NCBI GenBank assembly: GCA_000004985.1 | Contig: GG738901.1 | DNA: 64,000 nt | Direction: 5' to 3' (one strand) | Origin: Naegleria gruberi | Lineage: Eukaryota | Shown here: positions 20,136 to 33,548 of the stretch, in pieces | Numbering within the stretch: the stretch's first letter is position 1 | How the letters are laid out: each line of letters opens with the position of its first letter | Translations under genes and position numbers: made by a program | The notes under the pieces: model-generated | Told to the model about the DNA's origin: nothing | Database searches by the model: none | What the model saw: the letters and a program-made list of their open reading frames with translations, nothing else

Positions 20136-21490
20136 AATAGCATTACTTTTGAAATATCTTCATCATTAATAAAATAGCTCATCTTCAGTCTAGGAACTGA
20201 ATTAGCTTGAATTGCATGCTCCACTTTTTCAATACATGCAGCTACTGTTTTGGAGGCACATCTAATAATTATCTTCTCCACTTGATTTGGATAGGCAGTA
20301 TGAATCTTTGCGTAAATATCAGGATCTTGCTCTGCACTGTCTCCTAAAAAAAGAAACTTTCTTTTTGGATAAGATCTAATAATTTGGTGAATACTTTCAG
20401 GTTTGGATATCTTGCTTGATTTTAGCATGGTAAAAAATGTGTAATTATCTAGGTGAGAAACACGTAAGTGGAAACTTCCAATTGGAAATCTATTATCTAA
20501 AATAAACGATTCCAATTTGTTGTATAATACGAATGGGCTACTGCTAACATAGTGGAAATTTGTTGATGGATAGGTTGTTTTGAGTTTTACAAATGTTTCG
20601 TTAATGTAAGGTACAGCCCTGAATGGGTTGAAGGTTCTTTTCATCATTTCAGATAAACCTGATGTTACATTAGTGATTTTAATACTATCATCGATATCAC
20701 TAATAACAGAGTAAAGAGAGCTTTCTTCCAAAAATGCATCACAGTTAAAGAGTATTTGTCCATTCTTGATATGATCCAATATTTGTACCGTATAATTCAT
20801 CCATTCCACCTTGTTATCACAAAATAGTTCCTTATATCTATTTTTTTCCATTGCAATTTCATGATAAAAATATCCATACTCATCACTTTTGAGAGTAAAA
20901 TTTCTATTCAATAGAGGAATGAAAACATTAATTTTCATTTGAGATGGTGCAGCAAATCTCAAAAAGAACAATTCCAATTCCTTGAAAATTGAATACTCAA
21001 TATTGAATGCAAATTGCATGACATTGAATAAAAATTTCAAATACAACTTGTAGGTCAAATGCACCAAATGATGAAATTCTGAGAGGTAACTTGTCTTGGA
21101 ATCCTCCACTTTGAATCTAAATAATTGGTGATAATAAAACTCCAAATCAGTATTATAATAAATGTATCCAAATATTGGCAATTGAAAATGTGTTGAATTA
21201 GTCTTTGTAAATGTCCTAAACGTGTCAACATGCAAAGGATCATTAACCACTGAATCATTACTCAATGAGACAGATGATAATAAAACATCATCAAACCTAA
21301 CCTGGTCAATAGTCCCATCTCCATCCAAATCAATTTCTTCTCCTTTCCATTTGAATGGAACCACATAACTCGTATAGAATGAATAAACAAACAACATTCC
21401 GATCATCATCATGTAGATTAGTGTCGAATACTTGAGCGAAAATTTAATCAAAGCTCGCAAGCAGTGAAAGGTTTTCCTTGTTCGAGACAT
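20132..21490 (-). CDS. APP1-like phosphatidate phosphatase (DUF2183 family), N-terminal TM anchor
   Basis: The N-terminal hydrophobic segment is LIYMMMIGMLFVYSFY. I see a VISDIDDSIKIT motif (DxDx[T/S] HAD-like nucleophile) and FLFLGDSAEQDPDIY (second conserved APP1 motif). Confidence 0.55.
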   Translation of the reverse strand: MSRTRKTFHCLRALIKFSLKYSTLIYMMMIGMLFVYSFYTSYVVPFKWKGEEIDLDGDGTIDQVRFDDVLLSSVSLSNDSVVNDPLHVDTFRTFTKTNSTHFQLPIFGYIYYNTDLEFYYHQLFRFKVEDSKTSYLSEFHHLVHLTYKLYLKFLFNVMQFAFNIEYSIFKELELFFLRFAAPSQMKINVFIPLLNRNFTLKSDEYGYFYHEIAMEKNRYKELFCDNKVEWMNYTVQILDHIKNGQILFNCDAFLEESSLYSVISDIDDSIKITNVTSGLSEMMKRTFNPFRAVPYINETFVKLKTTYPSTNFHYVSSSPFVLYNKLESFILDNRFPIGSFHLRVSHLDNYTFFTMLKSSKISKPESIHQIIRSYPKRKFLFLGDSAEQDPDIYAKIHTAYPNQVEKIIIRCASKTVAACIEKVEHAIQANSVPRLKMSYFINDEDISKVMLF

Positions 21491-22066
21491 TTTTTCAAAG
21501 GCTTGTTTTATAATTTTCCAATATCCCTCCTCCTTTTAAAACCCCACCAACAATTGAATTATTTTCATTGTGATAGGATACATGTTCTTCTTATTGACTT
21601 GAGCGGAAAATTCTTTTTTAAATGATGAATTGAATATATATTTGTTTAATTGTGCCTCCTAGCTAGACTACTTTCGATTTGATTATTTTCCAAATGGTGG
21701 AATCATTATTGGAGGATTTCCTAATAATTTCCTCTTCCATTATGGAGCCAGTAACATTTGTTTGTTTTTTCCACTTAGCAAAAATCTTAAATTGAGTTCA
21801 ATTTTCCATAAGAAAGCAAGAACAATGAGCTTATCATGAACTCTCAATATCTGGCTTGGGAATTAAGCATGATGAGAAGGAAATGAATTGTTGTTTGATC
21901 CTTAATGAGTGATACAATAATTCCCTCCCTTCTCCCTTTTTACAACCTTCGTTGCGCATGTTCAAACCTATAACTTGCTTCCATTTTCTTGTTATTGCCA
22001 TTTTCAAATGAATTCAGAGTCTGTGTAATTCCATTCTTTTCCGTTCTATCCTCCCTTAATTAAAAT

Positions 22067-23009
22067 TTATTCTTGTTCTTCTTGTTCACTCGCTTCTTGT
22101 TCAACTTCAGATTCTTCCTCTTCATGTTGTGTTGCGTTATGTGTTGGAGCAGACGAGTTATTGTAACTTTGTGCAAAACCTTGACTTACACTAGTCTTGT
22201 TGGTTTGTTTTGAGGTATTACCTATCCTTGGTTGTTTTGGAATGCTCCACGAGGCCTCTTTGACAGGAATAAAAGTACTGACCTTTTTATCGAAAACTAC
22301 CACAAAAACAGAACCAATATTAGGATCGAAATTTTCTCCATACTGTACAGATTTTAGGTCAACATCTTTCGGGAGATGATATTCTGTTATTGAGAATGTT
22401 TCTAACGAATGTTGTGTGTTCTCTGTTAGTCCAGCTAGGTCGAAAAAAGAAGAAAAACAGTATTCCAAGTTTTCCGTTGTAAACAATGCACGAACTGTCA
22501 CAGTAATTGTGAACGTTCTTTCAGTGGTGGAAACACCTTTAAATTCGAACAGTAGGTGATCGTTTGGATAGCGGAACACAAAGAAACGTTGTTTGTGAGT
22601 CTCAAATCTAAACGGCTTCAAATAGGATACCTCAGATTGCTCAACAACTTTGGACGCTTTGATTGGACTTTTAAATACTGGAGGTTCTTTATCTTCCTCA
22701 AAGTCTGACTCCTCTTCAAAGCGTTCGTCATCTTGTGTACCTTCTGCAGCTTTGTCCACGTTTTTTTGTTCATCCCTTAATGCCGGAACTATAACATCGT
22801 ACCAATTATGTTTTACCTGGGAAAAAGTAAATCCGTGTTCTTTAGCAAAATTGGTAAGGTTTGTTGTTTTTGTTTCGTTCTGATGTTTGTCCATAAAGTT
22901 CTTCAACATATCACGAAACTTGACAGTGAATCTTTTGGATTTCTTCTCCTCGGCATCTTCATCCACACGTTTTCTCTTATTGTTTGAGCGTTGTTTCTTT
23001 GGTGCCATT
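22067..23009 (-). CDS. Basic/acidic nuclear protein, unknown function
   Basis: Starts MAPKKQRSNNKRKRVDEDAEEKKSKRF, which is NLS-like. Acidic stretches follow in the middle and at the C-terminus (EEEESEVEQEASEQEEQE). No recognised domain. Confidence 0.45.
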
Positions 23010-23422
23010 TTTTCATTTGACCGGAACAGTTCAGTAAACATGAACAAAAACATGTGCTACCCACTACGTAGATTCAAATGGTTCATGTTAATTGTTATTC
23101 TGTGAGAGGTTTGAATTTCTTAATATTGCCAATCAATTCATATAATAACCTTGAGAGTGAAGCAACCTTCTTAGTAAATTCAATTAATTTTGAAGGTTTC
23201 TTCATAATCGGATATGTTGATGAAAATTAACTTAAAAAATCTTTTTTTAATCAAATTTTCAAAAAAAAAGCCCAACAACCACCACTGTTGCCCTTTGTGT
23301 TTTAAAAACATTGGAAGATAAATAGATTATTTGGAACACTTGGAATTTAATATAGTTTTTTTAAGGAGTTGTTGTTATCATTGGGTTTTTTGGAAATAAT
23401 TAATATATAAATCATCATCAAA

Positions 23423-26400
23423 ATGTCTTTCTTTGGATTTGGTAGAAGTAGTAGTAGCAGCAATGTTACATCTCCTTCTTCTTCTTCGGGACAATCTGGT
23501 GATTCATCCCAATTATCTTCTCCAACTTATGACACTGGTAGAAATATTGATGGTATGTAAATTGATGATCATCAATTCAAATAATATTTAAAATTAATTT
23601 AGATATTGTGAAAGGATTATTGATTGCTTTGGATGATAGTGATATTAACGTACACAAGAATATTCACCAATCTCTTCTAAAAATTGGTAATGAATGCGAA
23701 TTGCTCTTACTGAGTAAATCACTCTACTTTTTAAATAATACTTGCCCGAAATCAAACAAGAAACACAGAGTATTTGTTATGAATATTCTTACTGAACTTT
23801 TAAATAAGAAACCATCTAGCAATGATTATGCTGTTGTTCGTACTTCTCTCAGTTCTCAAATTGATACAACACAACAATTATTTAAACTTCCGGATGATCT
23901 TTCTCGTGCATTGATTAATATGGCTGTATTAGAAATGGTACAAGAAAAATCTGTGAATTCCGATTGGCAAGCCAGTGCTTGTAATTTATTAATTGCATTA
24001 TCTAGATTCTCACCAGATATGGTTTCTGGACAATTATTGGAAAGATTCCCTGTTAGTAGTACAAATCCACCACATTATTTTGTTATCAAAGCTTTGAGTG
24101 ACATTGCTTTTTATTATCCATTATTATTTATTAGTAATTTGAAGGAAGTACTTTCAAGAACTTTACCTTTATTGGCTATGATTAAACACGATAACTTGAG
24201 ATGGGTTTTTTGTGCAGCCCTTGGTAGATGGTCGGAAGCAGCTATTTATTGTTTGGAATTATCTGAAAAATCAACTCAACATTCAAATCCTATTGATAAG
24301 ACAACAATTTCACAATATCACTCTTCAGTATTAACTGCTATGAAACATATCTTGTTGGAATGGTTGAACTTGAGAGAACCTAAAATCAGACTTGCTGCTG
24401 CTCAATCAATTGGTTACATGTGTCATATTATTGAAACAGATCAACTCAATCAATTACTTCCAAAATTAATGCCAAACTATATTCAATCACTCAGAAAAGA
24501 AATCAAGGATGACCCATTGCCAGTTACAGTTGGTCTTCAATATATTGTCAAGGTTGTTGTAAGAGATTGTCCAACCTCTTTGAATGAACATTTACAAGCA
24601 ACTTTGGGAACTTTGTACTCTGTATTGCTCACAACAATTGCCAGAAAGGGTTCTTATAAGAATGGTCAAAGAAATATTGCTGAAACTTTGAAGACATTCC
24701 ACTATTTGACTAGAGGATTTACTGACCAAGTAGTTTCATTCCTCCAAGCTCAATTGGAACAACCAACTGGTACTACTATTACACGTGTTAGTGCTCTCAA
24801 AATTTTAAGATATTTAGTTGTAAATAATGATGAAGATTTGATTTCTTACAGAGATGTAATTGTCAGTGGTTTGATGAAAATTCTCAAAGACCCAAGTGGT
24901 AATATGATTGTTATTGCTGATGACTCAGAAGTTCACTACGAATTCAGTGTTCTCATCCATACCATGGCACAAAAATCTGGATATATGATTTCACAAGGTG
25001 GTACTGAATTGGTTCATGTCATTTTGAGAGGTTGCTCTATTTCAGAAAGAAAAATTGCCGATGACCTTAAAGCCAAAATACCACCTTCCTTGTTGAATGG
25101 AAATGATCAAGAAAAAGTTGCTCAATCAATGATTGCCAGATATGAAAAGGAAGATGCTAGTGTTTTCGTAGATACCACCATAATTTCTGCCCAACAAACT
25201 GCTGAAGATGAGGAATTAAGCAGTGAAGATTCCGAAGGTAGCAAAACAACCAATCCACAAGACTCATTGGATTCATCAACAAATGTTCCACTTGTTGTAA
25301 CTTGGTACCAAGTTAGAGAAGGATGTGATCGTGTTTTATTGAGTTTCACAACTAAACTTGGTGAAGAAATGGATAAGGTTTTGTGGCCATTCTTACTTGA
25401 ATCTTTTGTTATTCCAAGTTATGATATCGCCTTCCCAGTTTTGTGTAGAGCTATTGCCGATATCAGCAAACGTAAGAAGAACGATGATGATTTCATTATT
25501 GATTTCGATGCTCAAGTCAACATTCCAAAGCAAAACTTTATCTTTGCTCGTTTATTGTTGAAGCTTACCTCTCCTTTTGGAAGAAATCAACCTGCTGTTA
25601 ACATTCTTCGTGCTCTCTATTGTCTTTCACCAAATATTCACCCAGATGTTGTTCAATTGTGGGGTAAGAAATTACCAAATTTGAAGAAGTATATTGATAC
25701 ATGTGACTCACTTACTTCCTTCAACCAAGACGAATGGGATAATCAATTATTGAACCTTGTTCGTGACAGTATTGACAGCGTTCAAGATGATAGATGGGCT
25801 GTTGCTCTTGGTGAAGCTTTGCTTGATCATGCTGACATTTTCTATAAGAACAATAGATTGTTGAAAAAGGCCTTGTTATCAATTGTTGGTCTCATTATTC
25901 AAAAGAGTCAACTTAAGCAATTTATTCACTCTGCTGTTGAAAGATGCTTCAAGATTACTGATCACACCAGTGATGAAGAAAGATTGGGATGCGCTCGTGG
26001 TCTAGGTCAAGCTGCTGTTAATCATTGTGATAGTGTTTTAACACAATTGCAAAATGTTATGAAGGCTCCAGAAAAGAAAACTGGTTTCTTCGCCAGAAAT
26101 ACTGGTAAGGAAGTTGGTCCAGAAGAAAGAGCTACTGCTATTCTTTCATATGGTTATGTATCTATGCTCACTCCTTTGAATCTCATTACATCTCGTGTCG
26201 AAGTTCACGTTGTTAAAAACATGACTCCAATTTTGAAACCTCAACCACCTCAACCAATTCCATATGAATTGAAAGAAAATGGATTGAAGGCTATTGATTT
26301 GATTGGTAAATCAGTCCATCCAAGTAGATTGAGTGATTTTATTTTGAAATCCAGAGATGAACTTGTTAGACTTGTTATTCAAATTATGACTCCATCTGCT

Positions 26401-28974
26401 CAATTATTGCAACAAGTTAATACTGTCCCTCAATACTTGTCTATTAACAAGTTAAGAGCTTTGGGTCTTGATGCCATTTCTACTTTGATTAAATTGCCAC
26501 CAAAGATTGAAGTTGACGTACAAAACGAGGTTCTTAACACCGTTTTAGGATTAATCAAAATTAAAAGTGCTATCAAACCAACAGATGCAAAACAACCACT
26601 TGGTATTGAAGAACTTCAAACTTCTGATGATTCAATTTTGGAAGGCGTTAGTAATGTCTTATTCTCACTTCTCCATACTGATAATAGCCAAGGTACTCTT
26701 GATGATATTTTAAAGGCATTGGAAACTGATCACCTCAACTCTCAAAATTCTTTGGAAAGAGACAGATCTGCCAACATTTATGTTTCCCTTTTGAAAGATT
26801 TTGCCAAGCTTATTTCTGCATATGACTCAGAATCTCAATCAGCTAACGTATTTGGTACATCCATGATTAGTTTGGGCCGTATTATTGGTCAACTTATTCC
26901 TCGAGTCACTGAATCTACAATTGGTGTTAGAAAATCTGGTCTTGATGGAATTTATCTTGTTTTGAGAATTCAACACTTCTTGCAAAACATTAAATCCCAA
27001 GATGATGAAGACCTTCCAGAATATCTTCAACAAATTGGTCCACTCAGAAACCAACTTTTTGAAGCTAGTAACATTAAGGAATTATTTGAAGTTACCAAAG
27101 AACTTTCACAAATCCTCTGCGAAGCCATCAAGGACAAGTCTCACTTGATGAATCTTATCGATACTTTGATTGATACCTTGGTCGATCCTGAAGTTGATGG
27201 TGCCAATAGCTCATGTATTGTCTTGAGTGCTTTGATTAGACTTAGAGGTAAAGAACTCGAACAAGAAGCTGCTAACTATGTCAAGAAGATGATCAAGCTA
27301 ATTCCTCAATTCATTTCCAATCAAAGAGAACAAATTGTTAGTGGTTTGCTCCATGGTATTAGAGGTTTCACTAGACATTTCCCACTTTTGATTATGAACA
27401 CCTTGATTGCTTATCCAGTCCCTCATACCATTGAAGTTACCAAGAGCTTCCAAATTATCTCTACCGATCCAATGTTGAATCAACAATTGTTAGATCACTT
27501 ACTTGACATTATCAATAATGCTCAACTCTATGAAGAAAAGAGATCATCAGAAGTTGATATGGACTTGATTCCAACACACAATACAGTCTCCTGTACACAA
27601 GCCCTTTATGAAATCTTGGCTGTTGAAGACTTTGCCCAAATTGCCATGAAGAATTATGCCTCAATCATAATTACTGCACTCGTTAGAGTTGGTACTGCTA
27701 ACGAAATGACTGTAAATCCTCCAACTAAGTATGCTCAACAATGTATCATTAACTTCTACAAGCTCACACAAGAAACAATTCGTAATGCTAAATTGGAAGA
27801 ATTGGAAGAAACACACGATTCTAGCCATGAAGATCACAAACAAACCTTTGAAGAACGTAAGGAAGCCATTATTTCTAGTACTCCTCTCGAGTTTGAAGCT
27901 ACTATCTTGGAAGGTCTTCTCCAAAAGAAGATTTATGGTGACTCTGTCCAAGAAGTTTTGAGTAAGATTTGTAAAGCTTATCCACAACATGTTAGAGCCA
28001 TGTTTGATTTTGTAAAGCCATTCATTAGCAGAACCTTCATTGGTCAAAGAGTTATTGCTACTTGTATTATTTCTGTATTACTTAACTTTATCCAAAATGA
28101 TAGAGAATTAGTCCACAATTGCATCAATGCCTTACTCAGCAGAAGTGGTACTGATGAAGTTGTCGTTGTGAAATTGTATGCCTTGCGTGGTTTGTCTAGT
28201 TTGTCCATCCATCCAAAGGATATTCTTCATCAATATGTTACTCCTGTTATTGGTGCTCTTCTTTCCAATTTGGAAGATTTGAATCAAGCTGTTATTCTGG
28301 AAGCTATGACAAGTGTAAAGAATATTTTCAAGATTGCTGAAGACGCCTACATTTCACCACTTTTAATGAACTTGTGTGTTAGATTGAAGCCATCATTTGA
28401 AAAGAAAGATCCACTCATTAGAGAAGCATCAATCAAATTATTTGGTGCTTTGCATCGTTTCTGTGATGGTGTTATGAGAGATACCCTCATTTCAACAATT
28501 TTCAATAATTTGCCAATTTTGTTATGTCACGTTCAAGATCCTGAAGAAAATGTCAGTATTGCATGCAGACTTGCTTTAAGACAACTTGTTCCAACACTTA
28601 AGAGTGAAGCATTTACTGAAATTTTCCAAATTGATGCCTTTAAGGTTGAAGATACCACTGCTCCTCAAGCTGTACAACCATTGAAATTTGATGAATTTTC
28701 TGAAATTTTCGCCAAAACTTGGATTCAAGAGTTCCCAGACAGAATTAGTGATTTGGTCATGAATTTGGTTGTGTTCTATAAGAGTGAATGGTCAAATTGT
28801 TGCGCCTCAGCTTGTTTGATTCTTGGTTATTTGCTTGCTAATTTAAGTAAGGAGCAAAAGACAAGAGTCAATCTTAGACACACTACACAAGGCCTCACTG
28901 ACTTGTTAAAATCACCTTCTCCTCTCATTAGAGAAAAGGTTTCCAAGATGTTAGGTTTATTATTCGAAGCTTAA
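23423..28974 (+). CDS. Maestro-heat-like-repeat (MROH1/HEATR7A-like) protein, 2 exons
   Basis: Exon 1 (23423..23552) codes MSFFGFGRSSSSSNVTSPSSSSGQSGDSSQLSSPTYDTGRNID. A GTATGT donor follows. The acceptor TTTAG ends at about 23602. Exon 2 is a single ORF of about 1790 aa made of HEAT-type helical repeats throughout. Length and architecture resemble MROH1. Confidence 0.6.
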
Positions 28975-28991
28975 AATAAAAAAGTAAATAT

Positions 28992-30129
28992 TTATAAAAT
29001 TTCACATGATTTGAGCATGGAAAGAAGTGCAATGAAAGGATACCACATGTTATGATCTGGTTGTTGTTGAACTACCACTGTTGCTGCTCCCTCATTTGCT
29101 TCTTCTCCTTGTCCTTCATCAGAAGAAGATTCTGGACTAGTTGGTGTGGTGGAATTATTTGATGGTTGAGTTGTTTCTTCCTTAACTTCCTCTGCAACTA
29201 CTTCTTGAGTAACACTCTCCTCAGCATTTGGTGTAGAAGCAACACTGCTACTCTTACTACCTGTTGTGGCCACAGATGAAACTTCAACCACTTGTTTGAA
29301 TTTTGATTCAATACCAGTCATGATAACTTCCTCAATTCCTTCCCTAGTCAATGCACTACATTCTCTATAGGCATAAAATCCATTTTCCTTTGCAAACTCT
29401 TGAGCTTGTTCAAATGAAACTGGTTCTTCACCAATTTCCTTCAAATCATTTAAGGTTCTTTCATCCTGTCTCAAATCAGATTTTGTTCCAACGAGAATGC
29501 ATGGAACTTTTGGAGTAAAGGCCTTTCCAGTACCTGAAATTTCTCTCATCCAAAGTCTTTTCACACTTTTCAAACTTGATGGAGAAACTACTGAAAAACA
29601 AACAAAGAATAAATCAGTTTCTGGATAACTCAATAATCTCAAATTATCAAAATCTACATTAAATATGATCAATTCGTCCAAATAATAATATTCGAATCAA
29701 TGTAGAACACATTTTAAAAACTCACCTTCCTGCCCAGCTATTTTCCACAAACAACAAACAATACACAAACGAAAATGATGTTAACACATTGTAAATATCG
29801 TAAATAACTATTCGAATCTCTTACCTGTATCCCACAAATTCAAAATTACTTGCTCCTCCTGATAATTAACTTTTTGAATTCTATTATCAATTACAGTAGG
29901 TACGTGATCTTCATCAAATTCATTTTCTACAATTGATTCCGATTTTAATCTAAGTTTCGAATAAAATTCTTCTTCTTCTTACCTGTGAAAGAAATTAAAA
30001 GACAAGTTTTTCCTACGGCGCAATCACCTGCATAATAATATTATTTATAACTTTAATGTGAGAATGAAATGTAAACGCACCTACAAAAACAACCTTGTAT
30101 CTTCTGGTGTCAATTGTCGTTTCTGACAT
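28992..30129 (-). CDS. Atypical Rho-family small GTPase with a CaaX box, 5 exons
   Basis: After splicing by hand the protein reads [46 protein letters not shown]...[41 protein letters not shown]...CILVGTKSDLR...YRECSALT...SCEIL. Introns have GTGCGT, GTAAGA, GTAAGA and GTGAGT donors. It ends CEIL, a geranylgeranyl-type CaaX. The Gly at the RhoA G14-equivalent position is Cys. Confidence 0.75.
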
Positions 30130-30406
30130 TTTTTTATTTTGGTTTCCAAACATCAATTTGACAAATATGGAATGTTGACTCTACAATTTTTATGAAATAT
30201 ATTTTTCATCGAACTCTTTTTAATACAACATTAAATACTCTTTTACAATATTCTCTATTTAACCTAAATATATTTAAAAACGCAAATTTTTGTAATTTTG
30301 TAGAAACTTGAAAAAAAAATATTAAAAAAAAATACAACAAAACCATCAGAGAGAGGTTTTTAATTTTCTTCACAACACCACCACAACAAATCAACAACAA
30401 CAAAAA

Positions 30407-31342
30407 ATGAGTAATGAAAACTCTTGGAAATCCGTTCAAAATAAGCCAAGAAGCGGAAGAAAGCAACAGCAACAACAATCTCCTACCACTACCCCTGCAA
30501 CAACCACCACTACTACTACCAATTCTAATAGTAACACATCCGGTGCTTCCATCTCCTCCAATAATATCAATATTTCATCTCCAACTAATCCTACTACTTC
30601 CACTAGTTTAAATCATTCACAAACAATAACAAATTCACCATCTGTAGCCTTGGGTGGAAATCAACAAAATAATGCTACAACATCAAATACTTCATCAGCA
30701 AAGAAAAAGACAAATAATGTAGAAACAAATGAAAAGGTTCATCCTCTTGGTGATACTTTCACATTTTCATATTTCAGAAAGGAAAAGGGTATTGATTATG
30801 AAGATTGTATGAAAAATGTTGGTGATTTTTCAACTGTAGAGCAATTCTGGGCACTTTACACTCACATGAAGAGACCGTATGAACTTAAAGTTTCTATGGA
30901 TTATCATCTTTTTAAACAAGGCATTAAACCAATGTGGGAAGATGATAAAAACAAAACTGGTGGAAGATTAATGTTAAGATGTAAGAGTGGCTACTCTGCT
31001 CGTATTTGGGAGGATTTACTTTTGGCATTCATTGGACAACAATTCAAGAATACTAATGATGTTAATGGAGTTGTGATTTCCATCAGAGAAAACCATGACA
31101 TTATTTCTATCTGGAATGCAGATGGAGAAAAGGAAGAAATTCAAGAAGCATTAAAACAAGACGCTATGAAGTTATTGAATTTACCTTCACAAACTAAATT
31201 GGAATACAAACCACATCAAGAATCAATCAATAATCACACTAAGATGTTAGAAATGATAGGAAATAATGCCACAAGTCAAGGTTTTGATGAAGATGCAGTG
31301 ACTGAATTAGATCAAGAACTTGAAGTCTATTTGAAACGATAA
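30407..31342 (+). CDS. Translation initiation factor eIF4E family (cap-binding)
   Basis: N/T/S-rich N-terminus, then HPLGDTFTFSYFRK...FWALYTHMKRPYEL...DYHLFKQGIKPMWEDDKNKTGGRLMLR...ARIWEDLLLAFIGQQF, which includes the conserved Trp-rich cap-binding motifs. Single exon. Confidence 0.85.
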   Translation: MSNENSWKSVQNKPRSGRKQQQQQSPTTTPATTTTTTTNSNSNTSGASISSNNINISSPTNPTTSTSLNHSQTITNSPSVALGGNQQNNATTSNTSSAKKKTNNVETNEKVHPLGDTFTFSYFRKEKGIDYEDCMKNVGDFSTVEQFWALYTHMKRPYELKVSMDYHLFKQGIKPMWEDDKNKTGGRLMLRCKSGYSARIWEDLLLAFIGQQFKNTNDVNGVVISIRENHDIISIWNADGEKEEIQEALKQDAMKLLNLPSQTKLEYKPHQESINNHTKMLEMIGNNATSQGFDEDAVTELDQELEVYLKR

Positions 31343-31554
31343 ATTAATTTCAATCTTTTTCCTTTTTTGATATTTAAAAGTTTCATCACCTTTTGCTTTT
31401 CACATATTAACCCTTTAAACAATTTAATAATATTTAAAAATATTAATATTATAATTTAATTTTTTATTTATTATGTGTCAGTTATTGGCCGACAAAAATT
31501 GCGTCTGTGGAAATGAAAAACACCCTAATCTTTACAAAATACAAGTTAATTAAC

Positions 31555-32925
31555 TTATTTAAGTCTTTCAGTCTTGAAGAAAGCTTCTTCGGCTCTTTGT
31601 CTCTCCTTTTCACCACCTTCTTCCCAAGCTCTTGCAGCTTCTTCACTCTTGAAGTGAGCAAAGTCTCTCTTGGTCTTAGCGCCCTTACCAACACCGAATG
31701 ATGACAAGAATGACCACCATTCTTCGTCAGACAAAGCAAGCTTGTCTTCCTTCTTTTCCTTCTTTTCACCGTCCTTCTTACCTTCTTCAGCAGCAGATTC
31801 AGATGATGATCTCAAAGAAGCAACTTCAGATTCCAATTCCTTAACACGACGAGCACCATCGATAACACCATGGTACAAGTTTTGTTCTTCTCTCTTCTTG
31901 GCAGACAAAGTAGCAGCCTTGGAGGAGATTGATCTGTATTCATCTTCTTCAATCTTGGATGATTCCTTGGTAATCCATTCCTTATTACGGACGAGGATTT
32001 CATCAGGATTCAATCTGGTAGCCTTGATTTGGGCAGTGTATTCGACATCCCAGTCATCTTCTTCAATTTCCTTGATCAATTCATCACGTTCAGTTGGGAA
32101 ATATCTATCAATGAACCATGGAGCCATGTATTGTTGAGTCAATCCATTTTCTTCTCTTCTGAGGAGAGGAGTTTCACGGACCAATTCTTCAGTCACGAGC
32201 TTGAGTTGTGGCAAAGCTTCAACCAAGTCATCCTTTAATTGACCCAAAACAGGGTTCAACAATTCGTCTAATTTTTCTTCGATAACCTTGGTATCAATTC
32301 TTGGACGAGTCTTTTCAACAACCAATTCAAAATCTCTCTTAATCTTTTGAACAGTTGAAGTACCCAACTTCTTTTCCCATTCAGCCCAATCAATAGAAAC
32401 TTGCTTCTTGTGGGTTTCTTCTTCCAATTCCATCTTGAATTGCTTCATTTCCTTGAATTCTCTTTCAAATTGTGGCAACAATGATTTTTCAGTTTCAGTA
32501 CGTTGGAACAATCTGGCAAATTCAATCCAATCAACATCCAAATCACCATTGTCAGATTTTTTATAGAATTTTGGTTCTTTACCTCTGAGGATTTCTTCAA
32601 CTTCTTCCTTTGGGAAATCCAAGGTCTTGTTGATGAAGGAAACAAATTCATCATCATGATAAGTAGTCTTGTTCATGAGTTCTCTGAATTGTGATTCGAA
32701 TTCTTCAAAAGATGTTTCAAATCTTGGTTTGAAGAGTTTAGCATCTTCATCTTGCAAAAGTTCTTCGAATTTCTTAACAATGTTTTCAGTAGTGATCAAG
32801 TCATCATGATAAACAGTTGGTTCAGAATCAGGAAGATTAGCTGTGGAAGCGCTTCTCTTAGCGATGTTGTTCAACACAGCACAAGTGCTTCTCTTTTTGA
32901 TGAGAGACAAACCTTTGCGAAGCAT
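31555..32925 (-). CDS. Probable mitochondrial coiled-coil protein, unknown function
   Basis: 456-aa ORF. The N-terminus MLRKGLSLIKKRSTCAVLNNIAKRSAST is presequence-like. The middle is highly charged K/E-rich and helical. The tail is lysine-rich. No enzymatic motif. Confidence 0.4.
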   Translation of the reverse strand: MLRKGLSLIKKRSTCAVLNNIAKRSASTANLPDSEPTVYHDDLITTENIVKKFEELLQDEDAKLFKPRFETSFEEFESQFRELMNKTTYHDDEFVSFINKTLDFPKEEVEEILRGKEPKFYKKSDNGDLDVDWIEFARLFQRTETEKSLLPQFEREFKEMKQFKMELEEETHKKQVSIDWAEWEKKLGTSTVQKIKRDFELVVEKTRPRIDTKVIEEKLDELLNPVLGQLKDDLVEALPQLKLVTEELVRETPLLRREENGLTQQYMAPWFIDRYFPTERDELIKEIEEDDWDVEYTAQIKATRLNPDEILVRNKEWITKESSKIEEDEYRSISSKAATLSAKKREEQNLYHGVIDGARRVKELESEVASLRSSSESAAEEGKKDGEKKEKKEDKLALSDEEWWSFLSSFGVGKGAKTKRDFAHFKSEEAARAWEEGGEKERQRAEEAFFKTERLK

Positions 32926-33548
32926 TTTTCGTGGTGGATTTTTTTTCGTTTTTTTAAAAAATTTTATTGTAGTTTACAATCCCGAAAAAATGCTAGCTGT
33001 GTCGAAATGAAGGAATCATTAAAATATTAATATCTTCATCATCTTTGGGTATATTATTGGCCATGAATTGTTTAATATTATATTCTTTAATATTTACCTC
33101 CATACAACATTAGAAAACAGGCTTGCTTTTGCTTTCCTTTAGAATCCTCATGATGTTAGCGCGCCAAAAAAAATTACTAGTTCGCATTTTTAATGGTCCG
33201 ACTTTAATTTTTCCATTCCGAACGTCATCATCATGTAAAAATTAATTAATTAATATTTTGTGATGATGAGGCTTGATCGGGACATTGTGTTTCTCTTCTC
33301 TTTTCGATTATGTGGTTCTCTTTAGTAGATGAAAGAGATTAACGATGAACTATTAGCAAATTTAATAATTCAAAAGAGGATCAAAATCGCTGGACAGATG
33401 ACAATTTTCAAAATAAAAAAATTTCCAATTAACAAATCGGATAATCATCATCATACCTTTTGAAATTCAAGCACACTAGAACAAAATCTACATTGAAAAC
33501 AATCATCACACCTTTTAATTAGCATATCTAAATATTATCATCATTGCA

